Assembly (NCBI RefSeq): GCF_036365525.1
Contig: NW_027142279.1
Coordinates: 1 to 64,000, forward strand
Reading direction: 5' to 3'
DNA from: Heterodontus francisci
Lineage: Eukaryota
Length of the DNA: 64,000 nucleotides
The notes under the pieces are model-generated. The model saw only the letters and a program-made list of their open reading frames with translations, had not been told where the DNA came from and ran no database searches. Position numbers and translations under genes: made by a program. Position 1 is the stretch's first letter; each line of letters opens with the position of its first letter. Positions 11,889-24,828 of this stretch are shown in pieces.

Positions 11889-12770
11889 CTGTCTATGGCT
11901 ATCTAATTATCTGTCTGTCTACCTATTTCACTCTCTATATAGAATCTTTATCCATCAATATTTATCTACAAATCTATCTGTTGATCCCTCTGTCTATCTA
12001 TTCTCTAAACCACCTGTAGAACTCCCAATTCATTTCTTTCACTCTCTCCATCCAGTTATTTATCTATCTGTCTAGCCATCTCTCTATCAATCTGTCTATC
12101 TATTTCTCTATCTATTGATCCCTTTATCCAACTGTATCTCTATCTATCTTATATGCCTATATATATATCTATACCTGCATTGCTCGATCTTTCTATTTAG
12201 TTCTCTATCATTATCTACCCACATATCACTCTATCTATCTATTGCTCTCTCCATCCATCACTTTCTTTCTTTATATCCAACTATCGACCTATCCATTTAT
12301 TCCAACAGTTCATCTATCCATTTATTCATAACTTTCTTTAACTAACTATTTACCCAACACTCTGTCTATCTATTGATACCTCTATCCATCTATTTCGTTA
12401 TATCCATCTATCTCTTCATCTCGATTTCTCTCCCTGTATCTCCCTCTCTATCTATTGATATCTCTATCTATTGACTTTTCTGTCCATCTATATCTCCTAT
12501 ATGTCTATATAGGTCTACATGATCTGATATGATATGCCTATATATGTCTCTAGAGATCGATCTTTCTATCTAACGCCCTATCTCTCTATTAGTATCTATC
12601 TATCTACCACTTTATCAATTGATGTCTCCATACAACTCTCTTTATATCTATCAATAGCTTTCTATATTTATATCTATCTATCAATCCCTTTCTATCTATC
12701 AGTCAATCCTTGTCTATCTATCCATCTAACTCTCTATCCGTCTATCCATCTATCTATCTATTTTTCTGTA
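11889..12770. repeat. Degenerate (TCTA/TATC)n low-complexity tract
   Basis: Direct inspection. Confidence 0.85.
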
Positions 12771-12822
12771 CACCAGATTGACATTGGACTCTCATTGACA
12801 GGACCTGCATATAAGATCACAG

Positions 12823-12838
12823 ACAGCAGGTGGCAGCA
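12823..12838 (+). promoter_or_regulatory. CTCF-like motif 3' of C-beta
   Basis: ACAGCAGGTGGCAGCA matches the CCASYAGRKGGCRS consensus except at the first base; it sits in a short unique island between low-complexity tracts. Confidence 0.4.
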
Positions 12839-13369
12839 GAGATCAACATTTCATCCAATTCCATCATCCTGAGCTCAAGTGAGAAAGACAGGATGGAGGA
12901 AGGACAGGGGGCAGGAAAAAAGAAAGTTTGTTTGGGTGAAAAAGGGGGAAAAAAGAGATTGAAAGAACGTGACGAGAAAAGAGAGAAGAACTGCAAGAGA
13001 AATCCAAGGAAGGAGAAGAGTTTAGGAAAAAGGGGGCGGGAAGGAATGAGAAAGTAGAGAAAGAAAAAGAGAAGGGAAAGAAAATGGAGAGAAGAAATCA
13101 GAACAAGAAAGAAAGACAGAGAGGAAGAGAGATAGAGAGAAAGAAAGATAAACAATGAAGGAGAGGAGTAGATTGAAAGGAATGACAAAAGATAGAAAAT
13201 TGGTCGATACAATAACAGAAAGTTTGATTGGATGAAATAAAAAAATTGATGGAAGAGAAGAATTAAAGAAAGGATAAAAGAGTGATGGGAAGGAAGAAAG
13301 ATAATTAAAATAAGGAACTGAAGACTGAAAGCACAACTAAATGAATGATATAAAAATGCTGAAGAAGGA

Positions 13370-13830
13370 AATTCAGCTGCAATAGGCATCACAGACTTTG
13401 CTGCACTGACCCAGCAGCCACATTTCCTCTGCATGGAGGGGGCAGGTGCACGGGGCCCAGAGACAGCGTCTCACCCAGTAGGAAATGAGACAAACATGGG
13501 CTCAATCTGCCAGCCTCTGAGCGGAGAGCACAGCAACAATAACAGGTGGCACTTTCCGTTAAACCACAGGGTGAAACTCGGGCGCAATGACCTACTTTAC
13601 AAACCGTGCAGCGCGCCTGCATGCAGAAAGCTGAGCTGCACCATTTGAAAGTTCACATCCCACGGCCTCCGTTTGATATCTTTCCGTGCAGCTGCACAAT
13701 GTTATTTTCCAGCTCCAGTCTTGTTTTGAGTTAATATTTTCCGGAGGAAATGACACTGTAACCGAATTTTAAAGTCACAGCTCATTATCGCTCCGGTTCA
13801 CTCAAGCAGACAATCACTTTAACAAGCCAA
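13370..13830. promoter_or_regulatory. Candidate T-cell enhancer island
   Basis: Unique CpG-containing island. Runx/Ets composite GCCACATTTCCTCT 13417-30, E-boxes CAGCTG 13374, GCAGGTG 13442, AACAGGTG 13541 and CAGCTG 13689, Runx AAACCACA 13561, Ets GAGGAAAT ~13744. Confidence 0.45.
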
Positions 13831-14019
13831 ATCTTTACCCCCATACAGTATGTAAGATTTCAGTGAACGTTTGGCCGACTCTGCTCTGTCTCATTGATAT
13901 TTTCCAGTGTTACTGCTGAAATTTTGCATTTAGGGTTGTTTTTTTTATATATGGAGAATTGGAACGGGGAGTGAGCAAGTACTGGGAAAAAAGGGTAAGG
14001 GATGTGATTCGAGACCAGA

Positions 14020-14740
14020 TTGTGTGTGTGAGAGAAAGAGCTAGGGAGAGCTGGGGAGAGAGACAAAGAGAGAGAGAGGGTGAGGGGAAGAGGGGGCAAG
14101 GGAGCGAGAGAGAGAGATAAACAAACAGAGGGGGCAAGATATGGAGAGAGAGAAAGACAGAGGGAAAGAGAGGGGAAGGGATGGAGAGAGAGAAAGACAG
14201 AGGGAAAGAGAAGGGAAGCGATGGAGAGAGAGAAAGACAGAGGGAAAGAGAGGGGAAGGGATGGAGAGAGACAAATAGACAGACAGGATAGAATATGGAG
14301 AGAAAGACAGGCAGCGAGAGAGAGAGAGAGAGGGTTACAGAGAGACAGAAAGGCAGACAATGAAAAATACTGAGGAGTCAGCAACTTGGAAAACGGTAAG
14401 CGAGGTGATAGAGAGAGAGGGGGAGGGGAGAGAGAGAGACAAACATGGTGAGTGATGGGGAATTAAGCAGGCAGCGCACAGAAAGAGGAAGAAATGAGAT
14501 AGAAAGGAAAAGAGGTAGGGGAATGGCTGTATAAGAGATACAGAGAGAAAGAAGGGATAAATGAAAGATACAGGGAGAGAAAAATAGAAAGAGAGAGGGA
14601 GAATGATAGTGGGGAATAGAAAAGGAGAGAAAGATGCAGGGCATAGAGAAAGGCAGGGGACGTATAGAGACAGAGAACTGGTGAGATAGAGAGACCAGGA
14701 ACTAGAATCGTGGGTAGATAGAGCTGACAAAAAAGAGTTT
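14020..14740. repeat. GA-rich low-complexity tract
   Basis: Direct inspection; a similar purine-rich tract lies at ~12880-13370. Confidence 0.85.
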
Positions 14741-14899
14741 CCGATTACCAAAAATGCAACGCTTGTAGCCTTCTAAAGCTGGTTTAAAGATTGACTCGAT
14801 ATCTACGTACATCAATCAGCCTGATAATGAAGGTATCTTTCAATGTCTGTAGCCAGTGAGAATGGGTTCATATTCCTGAGATGCAGGTCAGTGTGCACT

Positions 14900-15290
14900 G
14901 TTAGCCATCAGGAAAGAATGAACAGGCTGGGACACTTTTCTGTTGAATGAAGAAAGCTGAGGGGTGACCTGATAGACGTCTTTAGGCTTACGAAGGGGTT
15001 TGATAGGGGAGATGGGGCCATAAATATAAGACACATCACTATTGAATCCAATCAGGAGAGACTTCTTTACCCAGAGAGTGGTGGGAACGTGGAACTCGCT
15101 ACCACTTTAAGAAGAATAGCATCGATGCCTTTAAGGGGAAGTTGGGAAAGCACTTGAAAGAGAACGGAATGGAAGGAGATGTGCTGGGGTGAGATGAAGC
15201 GTGGGTGGGAGGAGGCTCATGTGGAGCTGAAACACTGGCATGGACCAGACGGGCTGAATGGTCTGTTTCTGTGCTGAAATCTCTATGGAG
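14900..15290 (+). mobile_element. CR1-like LINE 3' end fragment
   Basis: agaaagctgaggggtgacctgataga, ttctttacccagagagtggtgggaacgtggaactc (FFTQRVV..WNS) and the gggctgaatggtctgtttctgtgctg tail. Confidence 0.7.
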
Positions 15291-16446
15291 CTGGGGTGCA
15301 GTTCAGACAAGGTCTCACTGAATGGCAGAACAGATGCGAGGATCAAAATGGCCCCCCTCTTGTTCCTAGGTTTCTTTGAACACAGCCTGGGTCTGGTGCA
15401 GTTAAACACAGAGGTGACTGGCTCGATCCCTCCCCAACAGTATCGCTCAGTAACCCCATAGGGCAGAAGGGAGACAGCAACCACCTGTCATTACCCATCT
15501 CCCACGTGGACAATCCCTTGGCGACTGTGAGCGCCATTGCCCGCTCAGAGCAAACCATTTACAAAGGAGGGGTGCAGCGTCCTGGGTGCCAAAGCCGGGG
15601 ATGAAATTGCCCAAATCTAGAACAGTCTGGTAAAGCACTCATCGGTGAAATTGCGTGGAAGGACAGCATTGTGGTAGGAATGGTCTGGGCTCATAATCCC
15701 AAGATATGAGTTCAAATCCCATCATGGTAGCTGGGGAATTTCAATTCTGCTAATTAGCTCAAAATGTGCAATAAATAGCTAACATCAGCAATGGCGACCT
15801 TGAAACTGCGAGAGATTTGTATCAAACTCCATCTGGTTAACTCATGTTCTTTAGGGACGGAAATCTGCAGCCGTTACCCGGCCTGGCCTGCATGCAACTC
15901 CAGACCCACAGCAATGTGGTTGACTCATAACCGCTCTCTGAAATGGCCTAGAAAGACATTCATTTGTGTTCAGGAAAGTAGTTCATCGCCACCTTCTCAG
16001 TGGCTGTCAGGGATGGGTTACACATAGCAACAGGGAAACAGGAGACTATTTAGCCCACTCGAAGCTGCCACGTAGAGCGAGGAAGCGATTCTGCCCTCTC
16101 ATGCTGTTGCATAGAATTGGGTGGAGGAGGTCATTCAAATCAGGAGAGCCTGTTGCATTGCAACAGGAGGAGTCCAATTCAGCCCCTCGAGCCTATTACA
16201 TAGGCATAGTGTGAGGAGTCCATTAAACCCCGGCACATGTTCCGCCATTCAATTAGATCATGGAAGATCTGCACACCAACCCCATTTCCCCATCTTTGCT
16301 CAATATCCCTTGATCCCGTTACCCAATAAAATTAATCTAATGTCTACCTGCATATTTTAATGTTGTTTGGAAATGTTGTGCCAAGCGCGTGGGGTAAAAC
16401 TGAAATAATAGTGGAGAGAAACGGTTTTCTTTGTCGAAATATTCTA

Positions 16447-16452
16447 TTTATT
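16447..16452 (-). terminator. Candidate polyadenylation signal of C-beta
   Basis: AATAAA on the minus strand ~780 nt after the stop codon; an ATTAAA variant lies at 16974-16979. Confidence 0.4.
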
Positions 16453-17227
16453 TCTTAACCAGTGAACAAGAAAAGAAAAAAAAATGTAGAAGATCACAAG
16501 CGAGCTGTCGATACTGGATCCACTGAGAACCCCACGACAAATAATGGACAATTATGAGCGCATTTTCCATCTGCAATCGATGAGGTGTCTGATACAAATA
16601 GTAATAACATTTCTGCATTAACAGAAAAGGGAAAAAAGACATTAATAGTTGCACTAAACAGAACTTGAAGTTACAATTTGTTTACGACTGCTTAATATTA
16701 TACACAGCTTTACGAGAATTGCACGGAATGAGGGACTTATGTTTCATGGAGAGATCAGCAAAGCTGGAATTGATCGCCTTGGCATTAACAACTGGCTTTT
16801 TCAAAGAGCTAGCACTTGCACGATGGGCCAAGTGGCCTCCTTTCGTCCTGTAAGGTTGTATGTTTCTTTATAACGTTTCAAACAACACAGACTAACAATT
16901 AATAAACAGACAAAATAAACTGGAAAAGAAGTTTGCACGTTTCTCAAAGCTTCACCTACTGAGACAACAGGAATTTAATACATTGACGAGAATATGAAAG
17001 GACTTATTCGAGTGGAAAAGACAGACTGGGGCTTAAAATTTCCTCTGTTCGTTTCCCGCAGTGGTGATGGGTATTTAGGGTTGTCCGCCAAAGTTACGCG
17101 AGTACAGCGGGAGTGGTTTAGACGAAATTCACCCCCGAGATATTCACAATAATCGTATTTTCTCTCCCCTTGCTCCCTCGTGTGTTCTGCTGCTTATCCA
17201 TCTTTTGAGTTAATTAATTTGCGACGA

Positions 17228-17254
17228 TCAGTCAAACCTTTTGCTGTAAGACGT
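17228..17254 (-). CDS. TRBC: TCR beta constant exon 4 (cytoplasmic tail TSYSKRFD*)
   Basis: Acceptor ataccag| ACG TCT TAC AGC AAA AGG TTT GAC TGA; phase 0 matches exon 3. Confidence 0.88.
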   Translation of the reverse strand, partial: TSYSKRFD

Positions 17255-17299
17255 CTGGTATATGATAAAAAAAAGAGGGCGTTATTATCGTCATGGAAT

Positions 17300-17830
17300 T
17301 ATGGACTGATACAGAACAGAAGGAGGCCATTCGTCCCGCGTGCCTATACTGGCATTTTGAAAGAGCTGTCCAATTAGTCCCATTTCACAGTTCTTTCCCC
17401 TATAGCCCTGAGACTATTCCCTCCCCCACTACCTCAACCCCCTCAAACAAGTATTCATCCAATTCCCTCTTGAAAGTTACTACTGAATCAGCTTCCACCG
17501 ACCTTTCAGCCAGTGCATTCTCAACCACAACAACTCGCTGGCTCAAAATATATTTCTCACCTGCCCCTCTGCTCCCTTGGCTAATCACCTTACAGCTGTG
17601 TCCTTGGTTGGGCAATCCTGCTGCCTCTTTGAAGCTGTTACCCCATTCGCTGTCCTATCCAAACCCTTCATCATTGTGCACACCTCTATTAAATCTCTCC
17701 TTAACCTTCCCTGATCCAAGGAGAACAATCCCAACTTCCGTATTCTCCTCACATCACTGAGGTCCCTCAACACTGTTACCGTTCAAGTAAATCGCCCCTT
17801 CACCCTCTCCAATGACTCGACATCACTGTC
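17300..17830 (-). mobile_element. CR1-like LINE 3' fragment in C-beta intron 3
   Basis: Minus-strand KLGLFSLDQGRLRRDLIEV and QRVVVVENAL..VEADSVVTFKRELD. Confidence 0.75.
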
Positions 17831-18199
17831 CTGAGCAGATCATCATGTGCATGAATAATCGAGACGAACCATGCACATGCTCTTTCCTGCTCATGCATTC
17901 CTAACCTTTCATATAAAGTCTTGTAAAGTTACAATAAGTTCAATTATTTTCCAAGGGAAATTCCAGAACATTGACAATTGTGTTCAACTGGATTAAATTG
18001 GTTGGTTAGTGTTGTGGGCGCAGGAATGAATGGAAAGTGAATTGGTGTATTCCATCTGCGTGCAATAGGAATGCAAAACTAGGGCTCGTGAATATCGGAT
18101 AGTCACTCGTAATTTCAGTCTGGAATTCAGGAGAAACTTCTTTACCCAGTTTCATCATTACAATACCTATGTTAAGAACTTCAGTAATTTTAATCTTAC

Positions 18200-18306
18200 C
18201 TTAGTTTTCCAAGCAATTGTTGAGATGAAAATTGTATAAAAGATGCTTTTGCAGATGAGGATCAGGTATGTCAGTTTTGCTGTTGCCATGCTTTGGATTT
18301 TCGCCT
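18200..18306 (-). CDS. TRBC: TCR beta constant exon 3 (connecting peptide and transmembrane)
   Basis: ttacag|AG GCG AAA...ACT AAG|gtaag. EAKIQSMATAKLTYLILICKSIFYTIFISTIAWKTK with the TM Lys and the conserved antigen-receptor TM Tyr residues. Confidence 0.95.
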
Positions 18307-19089
18307 CTGTAAAATAAATGTAACAGAAAATGTTGCACTCTCTGTTCTCTCAAGGCAAGAAATGCTACTGCGTGAAAATGTCATGTGTGTCAGTGAAGCA
18401 GCCCAATGTAAGGGTCGAGCTGCGAAAGCAGAACTGATCTCCCTTTGACGCAAGGAGCCCTGGGGTATTCCTTACTCCAAATGGAGTTCAGCAATATGGC
18501 CGATCTGAATTGGGGCCGCTGTAACTTATGTGTCAGCTATGGCTCACGTATGTATCAGCTCTAGCTGAGTGGGTAACGCTCTCCTGTCTTCAAGACCCAG
18601 TCCAAAGACATGAACCCCATAATCCAGACTGACTCTCCCAGTGCCAGTAGACAGCGTGTGTGCTGCACTGCAACTTTGGAGGAACCTTCTTTGAGATGAT
18701 GTGTTAAACTAATTTAACCTCTGGGAAGTGGAACTGTCCCTCTTATCTCCACGCCAGATTCACACTATGAACTCCCAAGGAATTGTAAGTTTTAAGACAG
18801 GTGTACACAGCTCCCTCCCCTCCCATCCCCAGGCGTCCCCTCTCCCTCATCACAGGGCAACATATTTCCCTGAGGTCGTGAACCCAAGAGGACCGTGAGG
18901 TTATATCATTCGACTAGGCTGGTCTCGAAATTCCAACGGCCTTTCCCTCCCAGAGGAGTTTTCTCATCAACTCGTTGTGCATGATAGTATGTATAACTGT
19001 AAAACTACAGCTTGGAAATGTTGAAATGAGTATATACATGAAATGTCTGACACAGTAATAATTCCAGAATTATTGGTGAATATTTTTTG

Positions 19090-19640
19090 AGTCATGGAGT
19101 CATTACAGCACTGAAAGAGGTCATTCGGCCCATCGAGTCCATGCAGGATCTCTATAGAGCAATCCAATCAGTCCAGCTCTCCCCTTCCATCTCCATTCCC
19201 CTGCAAGTTAATTACCCTCAACAGTCCGTCCAGTTCCCTTATGAAATCATTCATTATCTCCATTTCCACCACCCTCGTAGACAGTGACTTCCAGGTCATT
19301 ACCACTCGCTGCATAAAACACTTCTTCCTCACATCCTCCCCCCCCCCACCCCCCACTGCATCTTTTTCCCAAAGCCTGAAAACAGACAGAGACCCCCACC
19401 CCAGACCTTGTGCCAGCAACTCATGGGGACAACTTTTCTTTGTCTACCTATTGTAAACCTGTCATAATCTTGTACAAAACTGTCAAATAGCCCCTCAATC
19501 TCCTTTTCTCCAAGGAGAAGAACCCAGGTTCTCCAATGTAACTTTGTAGCTAAAATTCCTCATCTCTGGAACCATTGGGGTAAATCTCCTCTGCACCCTC
19601 TCAAGGACCTTCACCTCCTTTACAAAGTGTGGAGACCAGA
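19090..19640 (-). mobile_element. CR1-like LINE 3' fragment in C-beta intron 2
   Basis: WSPHFVKEVKVLERVQRRFTPMVPEM and QRVVMTWKSL motifs. Confidence 0.8.
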
Positions 19641-19667
19641 TACAGATAGAAGCAGATAGATATTCAC

Positions 19668-19688
19668 CTTTACTTATACCGCACATTT
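19668..19688 (-). CDS. TRBC: TCR beta constant exon 2 (hinge, EMCGISK, interchain Cys)
   Basis: ttttcccag|AA ATG TGC GGT ATA AGT AAA G|gtgaat; 21 nt, phase 1/1. Confidence 0.92.
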
Positions 19689-20008
19689 CTGGGAAAAGAA
19701 AGAAAAATCAATAAACATTCAGCATCAGAATATTTTATGAAATCACTGTGTAAATGTAGATTATCACAATTGAGTCCCGCACTGTACTCTAATATATTGA
19801 GAGTCATTTTAATTGAGTGTTTAACCATATCTTCCCCTTTGCACTACAATATTGTTCTATTTCATGAATTATTTAATTATTTATTGACTTACTGATACAT
19901 CTACTTGCTTATTCGTACTTTCATAAGAGCACAGGTACTATATAAATGCAACTTTCTGATTTCTTTGAAGCTGAAATAAAATGGTATTGGTCTCACTAGT
20001 GTGCTTAC

Positions 20009-20359
20009 CTGCTTTGACAGCTAATGTTGAACTGCTTGTTGTAGGCACTGATTCGTTAGTGTAGAGATCTACTCTGCACTCAACGTTCTTGGACCGAGCC
20101 CAATCTAGGGCGTCGAATCTCAGCCGGCTGCTGATGCTGTAAGATGTATTTTCTTTTGATAGGATGGCATTGAGATCAGTGTGAATGTTCGTGTCATTGG
20201 CATCTTTCTCCTTGCCATCGACAAGCCAGTGGATCTTGATGTTGTCGGGGTAGAAGTCGCTTACGAGGCAGACCACAGTGGCTTTTTTCTTTTCTCTAAT
20301 CTCTTCGGGAGAGGGCTCAAAGACAGTAACTTTGGCAGGCCTAATCGTATCGTTTTCGC
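20009..20359 (-). CDS. TRBC: TCR beta constant exon 1 (Ig C1-set domain)
   Basis: cctgcag|GC GAA AAC...GCA G|gtaag, 351 nt. GENDTIRPAKVTVFEPSPEEIREKKKATVVCLVSDFYPD...YSISSRLR...W...ECRV carries the hallmark C-beta motifs. Confidence 0.98.
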
Positions 20360-20739
20360 CTGCAGGAAAAGTAAATGGAGAGAATATGGATGAGTATGAA
20401 ACCCGTCTTGAGAATTTTAAACCACCAAACAATATCAACCTTTCAATTCTAGCCAGAGCAGTTAATTTTGTGCCAACTCCAGAATAAACCTCTCTGTTTC
20501 CCGAACACCGATCAGTCATAAAACGTAGAATCAGTTTGCAACCTCGACCTGCTTTTGTACATTTTAACCCAAAGTGGCAGAAACTGATCATCTCAACCTC
20601 TTAGTCATTGAGTGAAGTACAAGTCTGTCTCACTATGAAAGAGGTTCTCCTGTCTATCTGAAAAGTGTTACCCTGAACTCTGGGCCAGCCTGTTCTCAAT
20701 AACCAGGCTATCACTCACCTTGTCCCATTATCTAGAGCC

Positions 20740-21330
20740 CTTTCCTATCAGGGAAGTTATGGGGAACATTTCTAAAGCTCTGGTTCGGAAACAACTAGAG
20801 TTTTGCAGCCACTTCTGATCACCACATTTGAGGAAGGTTGTGAGTGTCCTTGAAAGGGTTCAGAGGATATTTAACAGAATGGTTCCAGGGATGAAGGATT
20901 TTAGCTACAAGGTTAGGTTGGAGAAGCTGGGATTGTTCTGCTTGGAACAAAGGAGATTGAGGGGAGATTTGATGGCAGCGTACAAGATTATGACGGATTT
21001 AGATAAGGTAGACAAAGAAATGCGTCACCTATTAGTTGTTGGTGCAAGGACCAGAAGAGACAGATTTCTGGTGCTGTGCAAAAGATGCAGGGGGATGTGA
21101 GGAGGGACACTTTTATGCCACGTGTGGTAATGACCTGGAACTCGCTGCCTACAAGGGTGGTGGAAGCGGAGACAATGAATGATTTCAGAAGGAAATTGGA
21201 TGGACACTTGAGGCAAATTAACTTGCAGGGCCACAGGGATAGAGCGAGGGAGTGGGACTGATTGGATTGCCAGACAGAGAGCTGGCATGGACTCGATGGG
21301 CGGAATGGCCCCCCTGTGTGCTGCATTATG
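20740..21330 (+). mobile_element. CR1-like LINE 3' fragment
   Basis: LERVQRIFNRMVPGMKDFSYKVRLEKLGLFCLEQRRLRGDL; RVVMTWNSLP. Confidence 0.85.
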
Positions 21331-21409
21331 ATTCTAATCCTACTCTTGTCTCTTCCCCCAAATGTAATATTTAATAATTAGTGCTACCATAAACTCACAC
21401 ATGAAAGGA

Positions 21410-22150
21410 GGGGACCATTCGGCCTGTTGTGTGAATTCCAGCTCTTTGGTAGAACTAGCCAATTAATCCTACTCCCCACCCTGTTCTTCTCACATAACCC
21501 AGTAAACTATGTACCTTCAAACTCTCTCTATTTCCCTTTTGAAAGCTACTATTGAAGTGAAGCTACTATTGAATCTGCTTTCAGCACCATGTCAGGCATT
21601 ACATTCCAAATCACAACAACTCGCTGTTTAAACAAAATATTTCCTCATCCCCCTTTTTTTTGCCAACGACCTTAAATCTGTGTCCTTCTGGTTACCGAAC
21701 CTCCTCCCACTGGAAAAAAAGGTTTCTCCCTTTTAACTCTATCAAAAGCCTTCCTGAGTTTCAGCACCTCAATTAAAATTTTCCCTGTACCTTCTCTGCT
21801 CCAAGGAGAACAATCCCAGCTTCTACAATCTCTTCACGATATCTGAAGTGCCTCAACTCTGGAACCATTCCAGTCAATCTACTCTGCATTCTCTCTGGGG
21901 ACTTAACCTGTATTCCAAAGGGTGGCACCAGGATGGAATACAATGCTGCTACTGAGGCCTAAACAGTGTTTTATAAATGTTCATGATAACAGCTTTGCTT
22001 TTGCCCTCTGTGCCTCTGTTTACAGAGCCAAAAGGATTCAGTGTGCATTTTGATAGCCTTTTGAACCTGCCCTGCCACCTTCATAGATTTATGAACATAC
22101 ATCCCCCTGGTTTCTCTGTTCCTGCACCCAATTTAAAATTGTACCGTTTG
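21410..22150 (-). mobile_element. CR1-like LINE 3' fragment (decayed)
   Basis: ccttctctgctccaaggagaacaatcccagcttc and other reverse-complement CR1 motifs. Confidence 0.65.
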
Positions 22151-23709
22151 AGAAACAATGTATTGGCTCAAAGAAAATAAGGGGAGTGTGTCCGAGCCAA
22201 TATTTATCCCTCATTCAGCACTTCACATCCACCATTTCCGGTTATCTGGTCATTTAGTGCAATGATGCTTGTGGGATCTTGCTGTGCGCATTTTGGCTGA
22301 AACCTTTCCCTACATTACAACAGTGACTACACTCCACAGTCAGTTCTTTAACTCTAAAGCTCTATGAGCGTAATATTGCGAAAGAAATACCTGAACAGGT
22401 TTGGGTTTACAGTCAAGACTCTGTGAGAATGCCATGAATATTAAAATGATACAATCATTAACATAATGACTGATGCCTAATTTTGTTACATTTTTGTTCT
22501 GAATATTGAACCAATGGAGATTTCAGGAGACTCCTCTTCACCCAGAGAATAGTGAGAATGTGGAATTCGCTTTTTTTTTTGACTCGGAGGTAAGAGTGTC
22601 ACCACTGTGTAACTTCACTGAAATACTTAAACCCAAGCTGTATTTTGAGAACTGGTCTCTTTCTCAACCAGTTGAGCTGCAATTGACAGATGCAGTTTGA
22701 CAATGGTGCGTCTTTACCAAGCACTCGTTCGTTTGGTACCTTTGCTGCAATACACGAAAGTGCCTTGCGCACGTTGCTGTCCAAAATCTGCCTGTTTGCA
22801 AAGGGGCTGAACGCAAGTTTAATTTTGGTCTTAACAATTGTACTTTTATTGGGACTTCCTCCCTCTGGGATTCGCCACGCTGTTGTTTGTCTTCAATTAA
22901 TTTTCCCTTTATATTTTGTCTGCTTTTCCTGGTTACTTGCGAATGTGTCTTTATTTTAAGAATAAGTTTAATAAAACAACACTGATCCCCCCTTCGCCTT
23001 CTCTGCTCTAAGGAGAACAATCCCAGCTTCTCCCATTTCGACACACAAGTGAAACCTTCCCATGTCTGGTACCATTCTAGTAAACATCTTCTGCACCCTC
23101 TCTATGGCCTTGACATCCTTCCCAAAGTGTGTTAGACACGAATTGGTCACAATACTCCAGGCGAGGCCTACCTGGTGATTAATAACAAAAAAAAATTGCA
23201 TTTATCTAGCACCGTTGATGCAGTGAAAAATCTCAATATAAGAGCAACTCAGACAACAACTTGATACCGAGTTATCGAAGTAGATATTAGGGACAGGTGA
23301 CCTGTCAAAGAAGTAGGTTCTAAGATGCTTCTTAAAGAAGGAGAGAGGGAGAGAAGCAGAGGTGTTTAAGGAGGGAATTCCAGGGTTTAGGGCTCAGGCA
23401 GCTGAAGGCACAGCCGCCAATGGTGGGTTCGAGGGAGGGGAGGATGCACAAGAGGCCAGAATTGGAGGAGCACAGAGAAATCATCATGGTTTCTTTTAGG
23501 TCCAGAGGAAGTTACAGAAATAAGGAGCCACCGCCTCACTGACAGAACAATGCACGAATCCCGCGTAAATGTCCCCTACACGTGAAATGAATCCTCGTGT
23601 TCATCTGCTAAAATCCCTCCCCACAATTAGAGAACTGCATCCGTATAACAACAGCAGACCTCTGTCCATCCATCATTAACTGAGACCTCTTGTACTGTCA
23701 GCTACTCAC

Positions 23710-23760
23710 CTGAAACGCTTAGCTTCGTGCCCCCTCCAGAATACTGTTCATATCCTGAAG
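23710..23760 (-). CDS. TRBJ: J-beta 2-16 (C-proximal), SGYEQYSGGGTKLSVS, non-canonical SGGG
   Basis: 12-RSS caccatg(23761)-12-actaaaact; donor gtgagt; open frame but Phe->Ser in FGXG. Confidence 0.8.
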
Positions 23761-24776
23761 CACCATGCTGCAACACTACACTAAAACTAACAAGAGTGTC
23801 TCTCCCCTCTAGAGGGATGGAGTTGGCGCTGGGGATTTTACATCGAAATGCATTGTAATTGCAACGATCTAACCAAAGTTCTATATAAGTTTCATGTAAC
23901 TTCTGTGCTTTGGAATGCTAGCTAATCCCCTCCAAAAAAGCCCTGTGCTTTGTTTGCTGTTATTATTGGATATTAGTCAATATTAAAGATGCAGACAAGT
24001 ACTATGTCGCACTGCATCAGAGGATACCAATTAGAATTAAGCCTTCAGGTTGCTCAATCTTCTGCGAACACCCAGAGCTTCTTGCTGCTTCACCATAACC
24101 CTACATTTGTTAGCCTTCAAGTATGCATCAAATGCATTGTTTGAGCTATTTTCAGGCAGTGCATTCCACATGACAACAATTGGCTGAGTAAAAGCCAATA
24201 CTCATCTCCCTCTTTGTTTCTTTTGCCAATCACAAATCTGTTCTCTTTGCTTACCGACCCTTCTCCCAGCAGAAATGAGTTATTCTTATTTACTCTATTA
24301 CAAAACATATGATTTTGGACATTTTGAATATGATATTAATTCCCACCTTAACCTTCTCTTCTCTGAGGAGAACAACCCCAGTTTCTCCAGTATCTCCACA
24401 CAATTGAAGTCATTCATCCCTGGTACCACACTGGCAAATCTTCTTTAACCTTCTCTGCTCCAAGGAGAACAATATTCAGCTTTTCCAGTCTCTCTACAAA
24501 GCTGAAATCCTTTCTCCCTGGTATCAATCCTCCCACCACCACTTAATCTTCTCTGCTTTATCCTACTTGTTTTCAGAATACATCTTGCTGAAATATTGCG
24601 AAATAAATATAATAATTATTACGATAATTTGGTAATAAGTGGGGCAACGAGGGAAATCTGGGTAGCAGGGTCAGACATACAGCACTGTGCAGTTATGTAC
24701 TGGAGTGCAATGCCATGGGTAAATATACAACTAATTTAATTGACGCACTCAAAACGTTACATTTTTTAAAACTTAC

Positions 24777-24828
24777 CCAACACTGTTAATTTGGAACCGG
24801 GGCCAAAATGAAAGTTAGTAGTTACATC
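24777..24828 (-). CDS. TRBJ: J-beta 2-15, DVTTNFHFGPGSKLTVL
   Basis: cacaatg(24829)-12-cagaaaact; donor gtaagt. Confidence 0.92.

Noticed and set aside
9460-17200. Searched for an inverted V 3' of C-beta (TRBV30-like)
   Set aside because: No WYRQ/YYC exon with a 23-RSS found on either strand in readable sequence.
19938-20591. 217-aa ORF as a standalone protein
   Set aside because: It is C-beta exon 1 plus open intronic flanks; the splice sites define 20009-20359.
22571-22680. Plus-strand J-like stretch CACTGTG-NFTEILKPKLYF(G)TGLFL
   Set aside because: Needs frameshifts to give FGXG, has no convincing nonamer (only a T run) and no splice donor; likely chance.
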